Below are positions 11,294 through 19,000 of a stretch of DNA of 32,000 nucleotides, in pieces; the stretch's first letter is position 1, and each line of letters begins with the position of its first letter. A model generated the notes under the pieces. It had not been told where the DNA came from and searched no databases. It saw only the letters and a program-made list of their open reading frames with translations. Made by a program: the position numbers and the translations under genes. The stretch comes from Pasteurella multocida. GTDB lineage: Bacteria; Pseudomonadota; Gammaproteobacteria; Enterobacterales; Pasteurellaceae. The stretch is taken from the NCBI RefSeq assembly GCF_900187275.1, contig NZ_LT906458.1, positions 1,980,001-2,012,000 on the forward strand, written 5' to 3'.

Positions 11294-12169
11294 TTATTTA
11301 TAACGCCGCTTTAATCTCACCAAGCCTTCACTCATAAATAAAAGCATCGAGATCATTAAGCAAATAAAGAGGGGAATGGTTTCGCTGTCAAGTTGTTCGC
11401 CAATCAGAAAAGACACAAACAACATCATAATCGGCTCGGCATAGCCGAGTAAGCCGAGGACATTGATCGGTAATAGGCTACTTGCCACGATATAGGTATT
11501 CAACGCTACGCCACTAATTAAGCCTAATAACACCAATAACAGCAAAATATTTTCATTGGCTTGTTGTACCGCCTGAAGATCCACTTGCCATGCGAAGTAA
11601 ATACATACTGGCAATAATAATGACATTTCCAAACAAAAGCCGGCTAAATCGTTAATTTTCAATATTTTTCTTGTAGCGAAATAAGTGCTGTAACCGAAGC
11701 TCACTAACAGCGCTTCCCAAGAAAGTCCCCCTTTTAGCAGAATATTAGAAAAGACGCCAATGGCAGCGATGACTACGGCAAGAAATTTCACTCTAGAAAT
11801 GTGTTCTTTAAAGACCAGACGCCCGACAAGTACCATCGTTAAAGGGAGTAACAAATAACCAAACGACACGCTTAATGCACTGCCATTATTCGGCGCCCAT
11901 AAAAATAGCCAAATTTGAATGCCCATCATGGCAGAGTTAAACAAGAAACCGAAGATCAATAAGGGTTGTTGTTTAATGCGCACAAAATATTGACCCACAG
12001 CCTGCTTTTGTTTGAAGAGAAAGACGGCTGCAATAACAAAAGGTAGCGTAAAAATAATCCTAAAACCGAAGATATCTTCCCCACCAAGTGGCTGTAAAAG
12101 GGTTGAGAAATAATAAAGATAACCAAACAGCACTGAGGCTGATAATGAAAGCAAGATGCCTTTTATCAT
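11294..12169 (-). CDS. rarD: EamA/RarD-family permease
   Basis: Start at 12169 (ATG preceded by GGAG) gives 291 aa, MIKGILLSLSASVLFGYLYYF... A 10-TM protein with the RarD-like block FLWAPNNGSALSVSFGYLLLPL. Confidence 0.8.
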   Translation of the reverse strand: MIKGILLSLSASVLFGYLYYFSTLLQPLGGEDIFGFRIIFTLPFVIAAVFLFKQKQAVGQYFVRIKQQPLLIFGFLFNSAMMGIQIWLFLWAPNNGSALSVSFGYLLLPLTMVLVGRLVFKEHISRVKFLAVVIAAIGVFSNILLKGGLSWEALLVSFGYSTYFATRKILKINDLAGFCLEMSLLLPVCIYFAWQVDLQAVQQANENILLLLVLLGLISGVALNTYIVASSLLPINVLGLLGYAEPIMMLFVSFLIGEQLDSETIPLFICLMISMLLFMSEGLVRLKRRYK

Positions 12170-12230
12170 TTTATTTCTCCAATAATATCGCAATGTTGTT
12201 AGATGAATGTCAAAGCCTATCTTATTTTTA

Positions 12231-12251
12231 AAAGAAATTCATTATTTCTTT
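12231..12251. promoter_or_regulatory. 21-bp palindrome overlapping the putative -35 of the TonB-dependent receptor gene
   Basis: AAAGAAAT-tcatt-ATTTCTTT (8-bp arms). Putative -35 TTGTTC at 12250-12255 and -10 TAGAAT at 12274-12279. The overlapping 19-mer 12228-12246 matches the Fur box GATAATGATAATCATTATC at only 12/19. Confidence 0.3.
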
Positions 12252-12312
12252 GTTCTTATGTCGTTTTTTGAGATAGAATCTTTTTTTTTATTGAAAAATA
12301 AGTAAGGTGGTA

Positions 12313-14652
12313 ATGATGTTATGTAAGCCTAACCATTTGGGTTTATTGTTGTTAATTTCAGAAGTTGTATTCGCAGACACACAATTAGATGAAATTCATG
12401 TTGTAGAATCGGTTGTTAATGGTAAAGCAAGTTTAACGGCATTAGCTTCTCAAGTGCGCATTTCTAAGGAGAAATTAGATAATGTTAAATCTGGAACGCT
12501 CGGAGAAATATTAACTAACGTTTCTGGTGTGCAAAATAATTATTTTGGTCCGAATGCTGGGCGTCCAATGATTCGTGGACTATCTGGTCAACGTGTCCAA
12601 ATTATGCAAAATGATATGCCAATCCATGATATGGCCGCTGTTTCGAGTAATCTTGCCATATCAGCTAATCTGGCTTCAGTAAAAGAAATTCAAATTATCA
12701 AAAGTGGTGTTGCTTCTGTATTGTATGGAGGGAAAAGTCTTGGTGGGGCAGTAAATTTGACTGATGATGCGATCCCTCAACACATAGCAGAAAAAGCATT
12801 TCGTGGCGAAGTTGAATGGCGAGCGGGATTGAATGCCCCCAATACTTACCAAGTTCAATTACAAGGTAACAACCAAGTAAATTTTGCTTGGTATCTTGAT
12901 GCTTCTTTAAGTGAGATTTCTTCTCGTAAGATTCCAGGACGTAGCAAAGACGGGATTTGTTATGACTATGAATATTTGAAAACCAATACAAAACTGCGTA
13001 GTCAATGTCAGGTAAATATTGAGAAACTCTCTTCAATTAATCCGAAATATTTTAAATATATCAGTCAGTTCTATTTAGATCATTATAAAAATCCTGACTA
13101 CGGCTTATCTGAAGGGGATCAATATACCAATATGTCAGCGGGAGGTAAAAATCCACTGAACCCAGAATATGTAGAGGGGAGTCCTTATTATGCAGAAAAA
13201 TTTGGTCCTCTTGAAGAATATGTATCTTATCCAAATGGTCGTATTCCAAACGCGCATTCAAGCACAAAACAACTGACTGTTGGAGCTAGCTATCTTCATG
13301 ATAAAGGCTATATTGGGGCATCTTTTTCTCATTTTAATACTCGTTATGGTGTGCCGGGATTTTCCTATTTGGCTAGTCGAGCTGCATCACAACGTAAAAG
13401 TTATTTACCCGTTTCTGTGACGAATGAAACCAATAGATTGAATTTGAAAAGTCAATTAAATACATTATTTACGCCTATTTCAAAAGTTGAAATTCAATTA
13501 GGTTTCCAAAAAAGTCGGGATAAAGAATGGCTAGGATCACATTTATCTAGTGCATTTCATACATACAATGACTATTATCGCTCCTCTTTTGAGCATCAAC
13601 CACTGTTTAATCATCACGTATTAGGAACCATTGGTGTTGAATGGAATAGACAGAAAATATTTTCAAGTGGTAAAGATAGTTATTTACCAAATGTTAATAT
13701 GGATACGAAATCGCTGTTTATTCTTGAGAAAATAGATGTCTCTCCTTTTGTTGTTGAATTCGGTCAACGTTGGGATAAAGTGAAATATGTCGTAGATACG
13801 ACCAATCATATTTCTTCTCGTGGTCAAGGTGGTGCTTATTCAAAGAATAGAACTTTCTTTGTGCAAAATACACATTTAGGTCTTTTATTTCAACCCGTCG
13901 ATACATGGTATTTGAAACTACAGCGTAGCTGGCAAGAACGGGCACCCGAAGTTAATGAATTATATGCAGATAATAATCATTATGCTTTACTCATTGAAGA
14001 AAATGGTGATGGTCGCCTTAAAAAAGAGCAGAGTGATAATTGGGAACTCTCCACAGGTGTTAACCTTGAGCAGTTTAATGCTGAATTAACGTGGTTCCAA
14101 CGTAATTTTGATAATTTTCATTATTTAGGCTATACCGGGATTTCGCGCACCGGTTTGGCAGTGAAAGAATGGCGTCAAGCTCCTTTGCGAATGAATGGTG
14201 TAGAGTTAGATTTAACTTATCAACATCAAACTCCCCATTTTGGTGATTTGACATGGCATCTTTTTGCTGATTATGTTCATCACAAATTGACATTAGCGCC
14301 AGATCATATTGATGCGAAAAGAATTGGTTATTTACCACATCTTCCAACGTCTAGGATTGGGGGAGATTTGACAGTACAGTGGCAACGTTGGAGAGGATTT
14401 ACTTCTGTGACACATTACGTTAAGCAAAAACGAGTGACCAAAGAAGTCGATGATGAATTACCAGCAAAAAAATTTACGTTAGTGGATTTAGGTTTATCTT
14501 ATGTTTATCCGCTTACTCGAGCAACATTAGAGATATCTTTGAATATCCAAAATCTCACGAATAGGGAAGCAAGATTGAATAACTCACCTTTACGTTTCCT
14601 TGCGCCTTTACCTGGTAGAAATGCACGTTTAGGTGTGAAATTGATGTTCTAA
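12313..14652 (+). CDS. TonB-dependent outer-membrane receptor, ligand unknown
   Basis: Signal peptide ...LLLLISEVVFA/DT, TonB box DEIHVVES, plug-domain motifs (GTLGEILTNVSGV, RGLSGQRVQIMQNDMP, IEIIKG-like IQIIKSGVASVLYGG), and C-terminal beta-barrel signature ...RLGVKLMF. ATG at 12313 or 12316 follows an AAGG RBS (GTG 12307 is listed in the track). Confidence 0.88.
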   Translation: MMLCKPNHLGLLLLISEVVFADTQLDEIHVVESVVNGKASLTALASQVRISKEKLDNVKSGTLGEILTNVSGVQNNYFGPNAGRPMIRGLSGQRVQIMQNDMPIHDMAAVSSNLAISANLASVKEIQIIKSGVASVLYGGKSLGGAVNLTDDAIPQHIAEKAFRGEVEWRAGLNAPNTYQVQLQGNNQVNFAWYLDASLSEISSRKIPGRSKDGICYDYEYLKTNTKLRSQCQVNIEKLSSINPKYFKYISQFYLDHYKNPDYGLSEGDQYTNMSAGGKNPLNPEYVEGSPYYAEKFGPLEEYVSYPNGRIPNAHSSTKQLTVGASYLHDKGYIGASFSHFNTRYGVPGFSYLASRAASQRKSYLPVSVTNETNRLNLKSQLNTLFTPISKVEIQLGFQKSRDKEWLGSHLSSAFHTYNDYYRSSFEHQPLFNHHVLGTIGVEWNRQKIFSSGKDSYLPNVNMDTKSLFILEKIDVSPFVVEFGQRWDKVKYVVDTTNHISSRGQGGAYSKNRTFFVQNTHLGLLFQPVDTWYLKLQRSWQERAPEVNELYADNNHYALLIEENGDGRLKKEQSDNWELSTGVNLEQFNAELTWFQRNFDNFHYLGYTGISRTGLAVKEWRQAPLRMNGVELDLTYQHQTPHFGDLTWHLFADYVHHKLTLAPDHIDAKRIGYLPHLPTSRIGGDLTVQWQRWRGFTSVTHYVKQKRVTKEVDDELPAKKFTLVDLGLSYVYPLTRATLEISLNIQNLTNREARLNNSPLRFLAPLPGRNARLGVKLMF

Positions 14653-14672
14653 GTGAGGTTATCTTGTACAGT

Positions 14673-14705
14673 AAAGGTGGTCGCATTCTGTTGACCACCT
14701 TTTTT
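14673..14705 (+). terminator. Rho-independent terminator of the receptor gene
   Basis: AAAGGTGGTC (14673-14682), 10-nt loop, GACCACCTTT (14693-14702), with the T run extending to 14705. Confidence 0.8.
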
Positions 14706-14711
14706 AATTAA

Positions 14712-15623
14712 TCATTGGAGTATTTGCCAAAATGCACGCACTAATGGTTGCGTTAAGCTTTTTTTCTGCACACAAATTCCGAGAGCAAAGGGCGTGATTG
14801 GGGTTTTGAGATGCAAAATAGAAACTTGGCTATTCATCGGGCTGTTTTTAATGACGACATCGGGTAGCATCGCGACCCCACAACCGAGTGCGACCATTGG
14901 CATGATCGCTTCATGTCCAGCGACTGTGGCATAGATTTTAGGGTGTTTGATTTTTTGTTGTTTAAACCATTGGTCAATGCGTTGGCGCGCAGGTCCTTCT
15001 ACCGGCAAAATAAAGGGGATTTGTTGCCAATTGATTGGGGTTTGTTGCAATAATTGTGTAGCAGAACAGGCAATACGTGGTGCAATTAGAGACAGGCTGA
15101 TATCGTCAATGTAGTGAAATGCAATGTGGTTGGGTAAATTTTTGGGTTGCCCTGCTAGTGCAAGATCCACTTGTTGTGTTTCTACCAGTTGTAAGGCAAG
15201 CGAAGGGTCACCTGTGGTGAGCTGGATTTCTACTTTCGGATAACGTGTACGAAAACGTTCCAAAATCGCTGGTAAGTGGCTATAAGCAGCGGTGACCGAG
15301 CAAAATAATTTTAATTCCCCGTTGAGTTCTTGCTGAGCACTATCACGCAGTTGCTGTTTGATCTGTTGCCATTGCATCCAGCTTTGTTGTGCAAAAGGTA
15401 GCAATTTTTCACCTGCATCGGTTAATTCAACTTGGCGATTGTTACGCAAAAACAGTATTTGTCCTACGTCTTGTTCCATACGCTGAATTTGGCGTGAGAG
15501 AGTAGAGGGCGACATGTGATTTTGTGCCGCCGTTTTGGCGAAGTTTTTCGTTTCACATAAGTGGAGAAAGAGTTTGAGATCAGTGAAGTTCAAAATGGGA
15601 TTTCCTATTTGGGTGGTGGGCAC
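14712..15623 (-). CDS. ilvY: LysR-type transcriptional activator IlvY
   Basis: LTTR HTH (FAKTAAQNHMSPSTLSRQIQRMEQDVGQILFLRNNR), divergent from ilvC. The ORF has no ATG: the track start is GTG at 15623. TTG at 15593, 8 nt after AGGAA, gives MNFTDLKLFLHL..., which matches the E. coli IlvY N-terminus better. Confidence 0.85.
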   Translation of the reverse strand: MPTTQIGNPILNFTDLKLFLHLCETKNFAKTAAQNHMSPSTLSRQIQRMEQDVGQILFLRNNRQVELTDAGEKLLPFAQQSWMQWQQIKQQLRDSAQQELNGELKLFCSVTAAYSHLPAILERFRTRYPKVEIQLTTGDPSLALQLVETQQVDLALAGQPKNLPNHIAFHYIDDISLSLIAPRIACSATQLLQQTPINWQQIPFILPVEGPARQRIDQWFKQQKIKHPKIYATVAGHEAIMPMVALGCGVAMLPDVVIKNSPMNSQVSILHLKTPITPFALGICVQKKSLTQPLVRAFWQILQ

Positions 15624-15650
15624 ATTCAGCTTTGCGTTTTGCTCAATAAA

Positions 15651-15659
15651 AAGTGCGGT
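15651..15659 (+). repeat. USS core AAGTGCGGT
   Basis: Exact 9-mer with an AT-rich 3' flank (gatttttcaaaaattt), in the ilvY-ilvC intergenic region. Confidence 0.9.
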
Positions 15660-15708
15660 CGATTTTTCAAAAATTTGTAGCGCTTTATGACAATATCCAA
15701 AATATATA

Positions 15709-15723
15709 TTGCATTTATTGCAA
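15709..15723. promoter_or_regulatory. Candidate IlvY (LTTR) recognition site upstream of ilvC
   Basis: TTGCA-tttat-TGCAA dyad, centred about 55 bp upstream of a perfect -10 TATAAT (15768-15773). This puts it near -65, the typical LTTR position. Confidence 0.4.
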
Positions 15724-15845
15724 CATAAAATTTCAATAATATCAATTTACGCAATGATAAAAATCGTTATAATCAGAACAAAGTACAAATAATGTGCAAA
15801 CACAATCTCATATGAATACACAACATCAATGTTAAGGACACAAGC

Positions 15846-17321
15846 ATGGCTAACTATTTCAATACATTAAATTTACGCCAACAATTAGATCAATTAGGGC
15901 GTTGTCGCTTTATGGATCGCAATGAATTTGCGAATGAAGCAGATTACTTAAAAGGCAAAAAAATTGTCATCGTCGGTTGCGGGGCACAAGGCTTGAATCA
16001 GGGTTTGAACATGCGTGATTCGGGGCTAGATATTAGCTATGCCTTACGTGCAGAAGCCATTGCAGAAAAACGCGCGTCTTTCCAACGTGCGACGGAAAAT
16101 GGCTTTAAAGTGGGGACGTATGATGAATTAATTCCAAGTGCAGATTTAGTGGTGAATTTAACCCCTGACAAACAGCACTCGAAAGTGGTGGCTGATGTCA
16201 TGCCGTTAATGAAACAAGGTGCCGCACTCGGTTATTCACATGGTTTAAATATCGTGGAAGTAGGTGAACAAATCCGTAAAGATATTACAGTGGTGATGGT
16301 GGCACCAAAATGTCCGGGCACGGAAGTACGTGAAGAATATAAACGTGGCTTTGGTGTACCGACCTTGATCGCGGTGCATCCAGAAAATGATCCAAATGGT
16401 GATGGTTTAGAAATTGCTAAAGCCTGGGCGGCTGCAACGGGTGGTCATCGTGCGGGCGTGCTTGAGTCATCTTTTGTTGCAGAAGTGAAATCGGATTTAA
16501 TGGGTGAACAGACTATTCTGTGTGGTATGTTACAAGCGGGTTCTATCGTTTGTTATGACAAGCTTGTGGCGGACGGCAAAGATCCTGCGTATGCCGGTAA
16601 ATTAATCCAGTACGGTTGGGAAACCATTACTGAAGCGCTGAAACAAGGTGGGATTACGTTGATGATGGATCGTTTATCCAATTCTGCGAAGTTACGTGCT
16701 TTCGAACTTTCAGAGCAAATCAAAGCGAAATTAACGTTCTTATTTGAAAAACACATGGACGATATTATCAGTGGCGAATTTTCTGCCACGATGATGGCGG
16801 ATTGGGCAAACGGTGATGCAAATCTTTTAAAATGGCGTGAAGAAACCGGCAAAACGGCATTTGAAAATGCACCAAAATATGAAGGTAAAATCAGCGAGCA
16901 AGAGTATTTTGATCACGGTGTATTGATGGTGGCAATGGTGAAAGCGGGCGTAGAGTTAGCCTTTGATACCATGGTCGCGAGCGGGATTTATGAAGAGTCA
17001 GCCTATTATGAGTCATTGCATGAATTACCACTAATCGCTAATACGATTGCGCGTAAGCGTTTATATGAAATGAACGTGGTCATTTCGGATACGGCAGAAT
17101 ATGGTAACTACTTATTTGCTAATGTGGCGACGCCAATTTTGGCAAAAGAGATTGTGCCGACCTTACAAAAAGGGGATTTAGGTGAGCCTACGCCTACGGT
17201 TGAGATTGATAATATTACGCTACGTGATGTGAATGACGCGATTCGCAATCATCCAATTGAATTGATCGGGCAAGAATTACGTGGTTATATGACAGATATG
17301 AAACGTATTTCCTCTCATTAA
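15846..17321 (+). CDS. ilvC: Ketol-acid reductoisomerase IlvC (class II, long form)
   Basis: 491 aa, [14 protein letters not shown]..., NADPH motif [20 protein letters not shown] upstream. Confidence 0.95.
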   Translation: MANYFNTLNLRQQLDQLGRCRFMDRNEFANEADYLKGKKIVIVGCGAQGLNQGLNMRDSGLDISYALRAEAIAEKRASFQRATENGFKVGTYDELIPSADLVVNLTPDKQHSKVVADVMPLMKQGAALGYSHGLNIVEVGEQIRKDITVVMVAPKCPGTEVREEYKRGFGVPTLIAVHPENDPNGDGLEIAKAWAAATGGHRAGVLESSFVAEVKSDLMGEQTILCGMLQAGSIVCYDKLVADGKDPAYAGKLIQYGWETITEALKQGGITLMMDRLSNSAKLRAFELSEQIKAKLTFLFEKHMDDIISGEFSATMMADWANGDANLLKWREETGKTAFENAPKYEGKISEQEYFDHGVLMVAMVKAGVELAFDTMVASGIYEESAYYESLHELPLIANTIARKRLYEMNVVISDTAEYGNYLFANVATPILAKEIVPTLQKGDLGEPTPTVEIDNITLRDVNDAIRNHPIELIGQELRGYMTDMKRISSH

Positions 17322-17336
17322 GCGAAAAAATAGTCT

Positions 17337-17369
17337 AAAAATAAGGTGCTTAGAGCACCTTATTTTTTT
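17337..17369. terminator. Bidirectional terminator shared by convergent ilvC and mazG
   Basis: A4 run, 10-bp stem ATAAGGTGCT (17341-17350)/AGCACCTTAT (17354-17363), 3-nt loop, then T run to 17369. The mazG stop codon (17350-17352) spans the last stem base (17350) and the first two of three loop bases, and its last four codons (NKVL) lie in the right arm. Confidence 0.75.
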
Positions 17370-18150
17370 CTTCTCGTTTGACTTCATCCCATAATAAGTC
17401 CATTTCCATTAACGAACTTTTTTCAAGGGTTTTATGATGAGCTTTGAGTTTGTTTTCAACGGCGCGGAAGCGTTGCTCAAATTTATGGTTAGCTTTACGT
17501 AAACTTTCTTCTGGTTGGCAGTTTAAATGGCGACACAGATTGACCACCGCAAACAATAAATCACCTACTTCTTCTTCAATTTTGGCTTGTTGTTTGTCAG
17601 CTTTTGCCATTTCTTGTTGAACTTCTGTTAATTCTTCTTTGATTTTGTCAATAACTTGCTGGCTATCATCCCAGTCGAACCCGACTTTAGCACAGCGTTT
17701 TTGTAGTTTTTCCGCGCGCATCAGGGCAGGGAAAGCATGTGGTACATTATCTAAAATAGAATGTTGCTCTTTTTCTTTATGTTCTTGTGCTTTGATGGCG
17801 TTCCAGTTTTGTAACGCTTCTTGTTCGTTATTTGCGATCTTCTCACCAAAAACATGAGGGTGTCGACGGATAATCTTTTCAGCAACAGTCGCGACGACAT
17901 CGTTAAAGGTGAAATGTTGATCTTCGGTTGCTAATTGGCTGAAGAAAATAACTTGTAATAACAGATCACCCAATTCTTCTTTCAGATCGTGCATATTTTG
18001 TTGTTGGATGGCTTCAATCACTTCATAGGTTTCTTCCGTTAGACAGGGAATCATGCTGTGATACGTTTGTTTAAGATCCCATGGGCATCCTCCATTTGGA
18101 TTGCGTAACTGGGCGATGAGATGAATAAAATCGTCGATTGAATAAGCCAT
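17350..18150 (-). CDS. mazG: Nucleoside triphosphate pyrophosphohydrolase MazG
   Basis: ATG at 18150 gives 266 aa ([30 protein letters not shown]...). Tandem MazG domains with EExxE motifs ([25 protein letters not shown]). Confidence 0.88.
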   Translation of the reverse strand: MAYSIDDFIHLIAQLRNPNGGCPWDLKQTYHSMIPCLTEETYEVIEAIQQQNMHDLKEELGDLLLQVIFFSQLATEDQHFTFNDVVATVAEKIIRRHPHVFGEKIANNEQEALQNWNAIKAQEHKEKEQHSILDNVPHAFPALMRAEKLQKRCAKVGFDWDDSQQVIDKIKEELTEVQQEMAKADKQQAKIEEEVGDLLFAVVNLCRHLNCQPEESLRKANHKFEQRFRAVENKLKAHHKTLEKSSLMEMDLLWDEVKREEKNKVL

Positions 18151-18335
18151 GTTGATGATTCCTACAGAAAAAATAATGAGGTTTATCATAGCATAATTTT
18201 CTTTTGCACTATGGAAATGTGTTTGTGTATTGAAAAGTTTTTTAAAACGTGATCTAAGGCATATTTTTTTTTATGGAGTGGTGCTATGATAAATCGAAAG
18301 TGTTATCAACCCCCTGATCGGATAAGGAGTTTATT

Positions 18336-18761
18336 ATGTATAAACACGTATTAGTAGCGGTAGATCTTTCTGATGAAAGCCAATTTTTGTTGGAAAAAGC
18401 AGCTGGCGTAGCGAGACGGAATGAAGCGAAGTTGTCAATTATTCACGTTGATGTAAACTTCTCTGATCTTTATACAGGGTTAATTGATGTGAATATGGCG
18501 TCAATGCAAGATCGTATTTCCACAGAAACACAACAATCTTTGGTGCAATTAGCCGAAAATTCAAGCTATCCAGTGGCAGAAAAATTAAGTGGTAGTGGTG
18601 ATTTAGGTCAAGTATTAGCCGATGCAATCGAAAAATACGATGTTGATTTGCTTGTGACTGGTCATCATCAAGACTTTTGGAGTAAACTAATGTCATCGAC
18701 TCGTCAAGTGATGAATAACATTGCCGTTGATATGTTAGTCGTGCCATTGCGTGATGAATAA
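18336..18761 (+). CDS. uspA: Universal stress protein A
   Basis: 141 aa, [15 protein letters not shown]...[12 protein letters not shown]...VDMLVVP. RBS AAGGAG upstream. Confidence 0.88.
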   Translation: MYKHVLVAVDLSDESQFLLEKAAGVARRNEAKLSIIHVDVNFSDLYTGLIDVNMASMQDRISTETQQSLVQLAENSSYPVAEKLSGSGDLGQVLADAIEKYDVDLLVTGHHQDFWSKLMSSTRQVMNNIAVDMLVVPLRDE

Positions 18762-18814
18762 GCGTCGTCCTTTTATTGATAGTTAAACTTTTGTAAAAGG
18801 TTTGTAAAGCTTGA

Positions 18815-18823
18815 ACCGCACTT
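18815..18823 (-). repeat. USS core (ACCGCACTT on + strand)
   Basis: Exact 9-mer, left arm of the uspA terminator. Confidence 0.9.
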
Positions 18824-18837
18824 TGATTATCCCATTG

Positions 18838-18846
18838 AAGTGCGGT
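18838..18846 (+). repeat. USS core AAGTGCGGT
   Basis: Exact 9-mer, right arm of the uspA terminator. Confidence 0.9.
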
Positions 18847-19000
18847 TGGTTTTTTTGTAGGCTTTAGGTGAGAGGCGCGAAAATCTTCACAGTGAATCGA
18901 AAAAGCTTTTTTATAAATATCAAAAATATGCAAGAATAAGTAGACTAACTTTTAATCGTATTATGAGTGACCAAAAAATAGGAAAGCAAGGCTTATATAA

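Larger units (their letters stand above)
18814..18856 (+). terminator. uspA terminator formed by an inverted USS pair
   Basis: AACCGCACTT (18814-18823)/AAGTGCGGTT (18838-18847) stem, followed by GG and T7 (18850-18856). Confidence 0.8.

Noticed and set aside
12234-12248. Zur box at the receptor promoter (GAAAT...ATTTC ends)
   Set aside because: Only the outer pentamers resemble the gammaproteobacterial Zur box. The element is 15 bp rather than 23 bp and lacks the TGTTATA/TATAACA core.
18264-18272. T9 homopolymer in the uspA promoter (and T9 at 12281-12289) as phase-variation switches
   Set aside because: Phase variation in this family is mainly known from tetranucleotide or longer tracts in or near contingency genes. 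A T9 tract in AT-rich intergenic DNA is not unusual, and nothing in a single sequence shows length variation.
18439-18933. 164-aa minus-strand ORF
   Set aside because: It is antisense to the well-supported uspA gene and runs through the USS-pair terminator. It has no RBS, and its composition is that of a shadow ORF.
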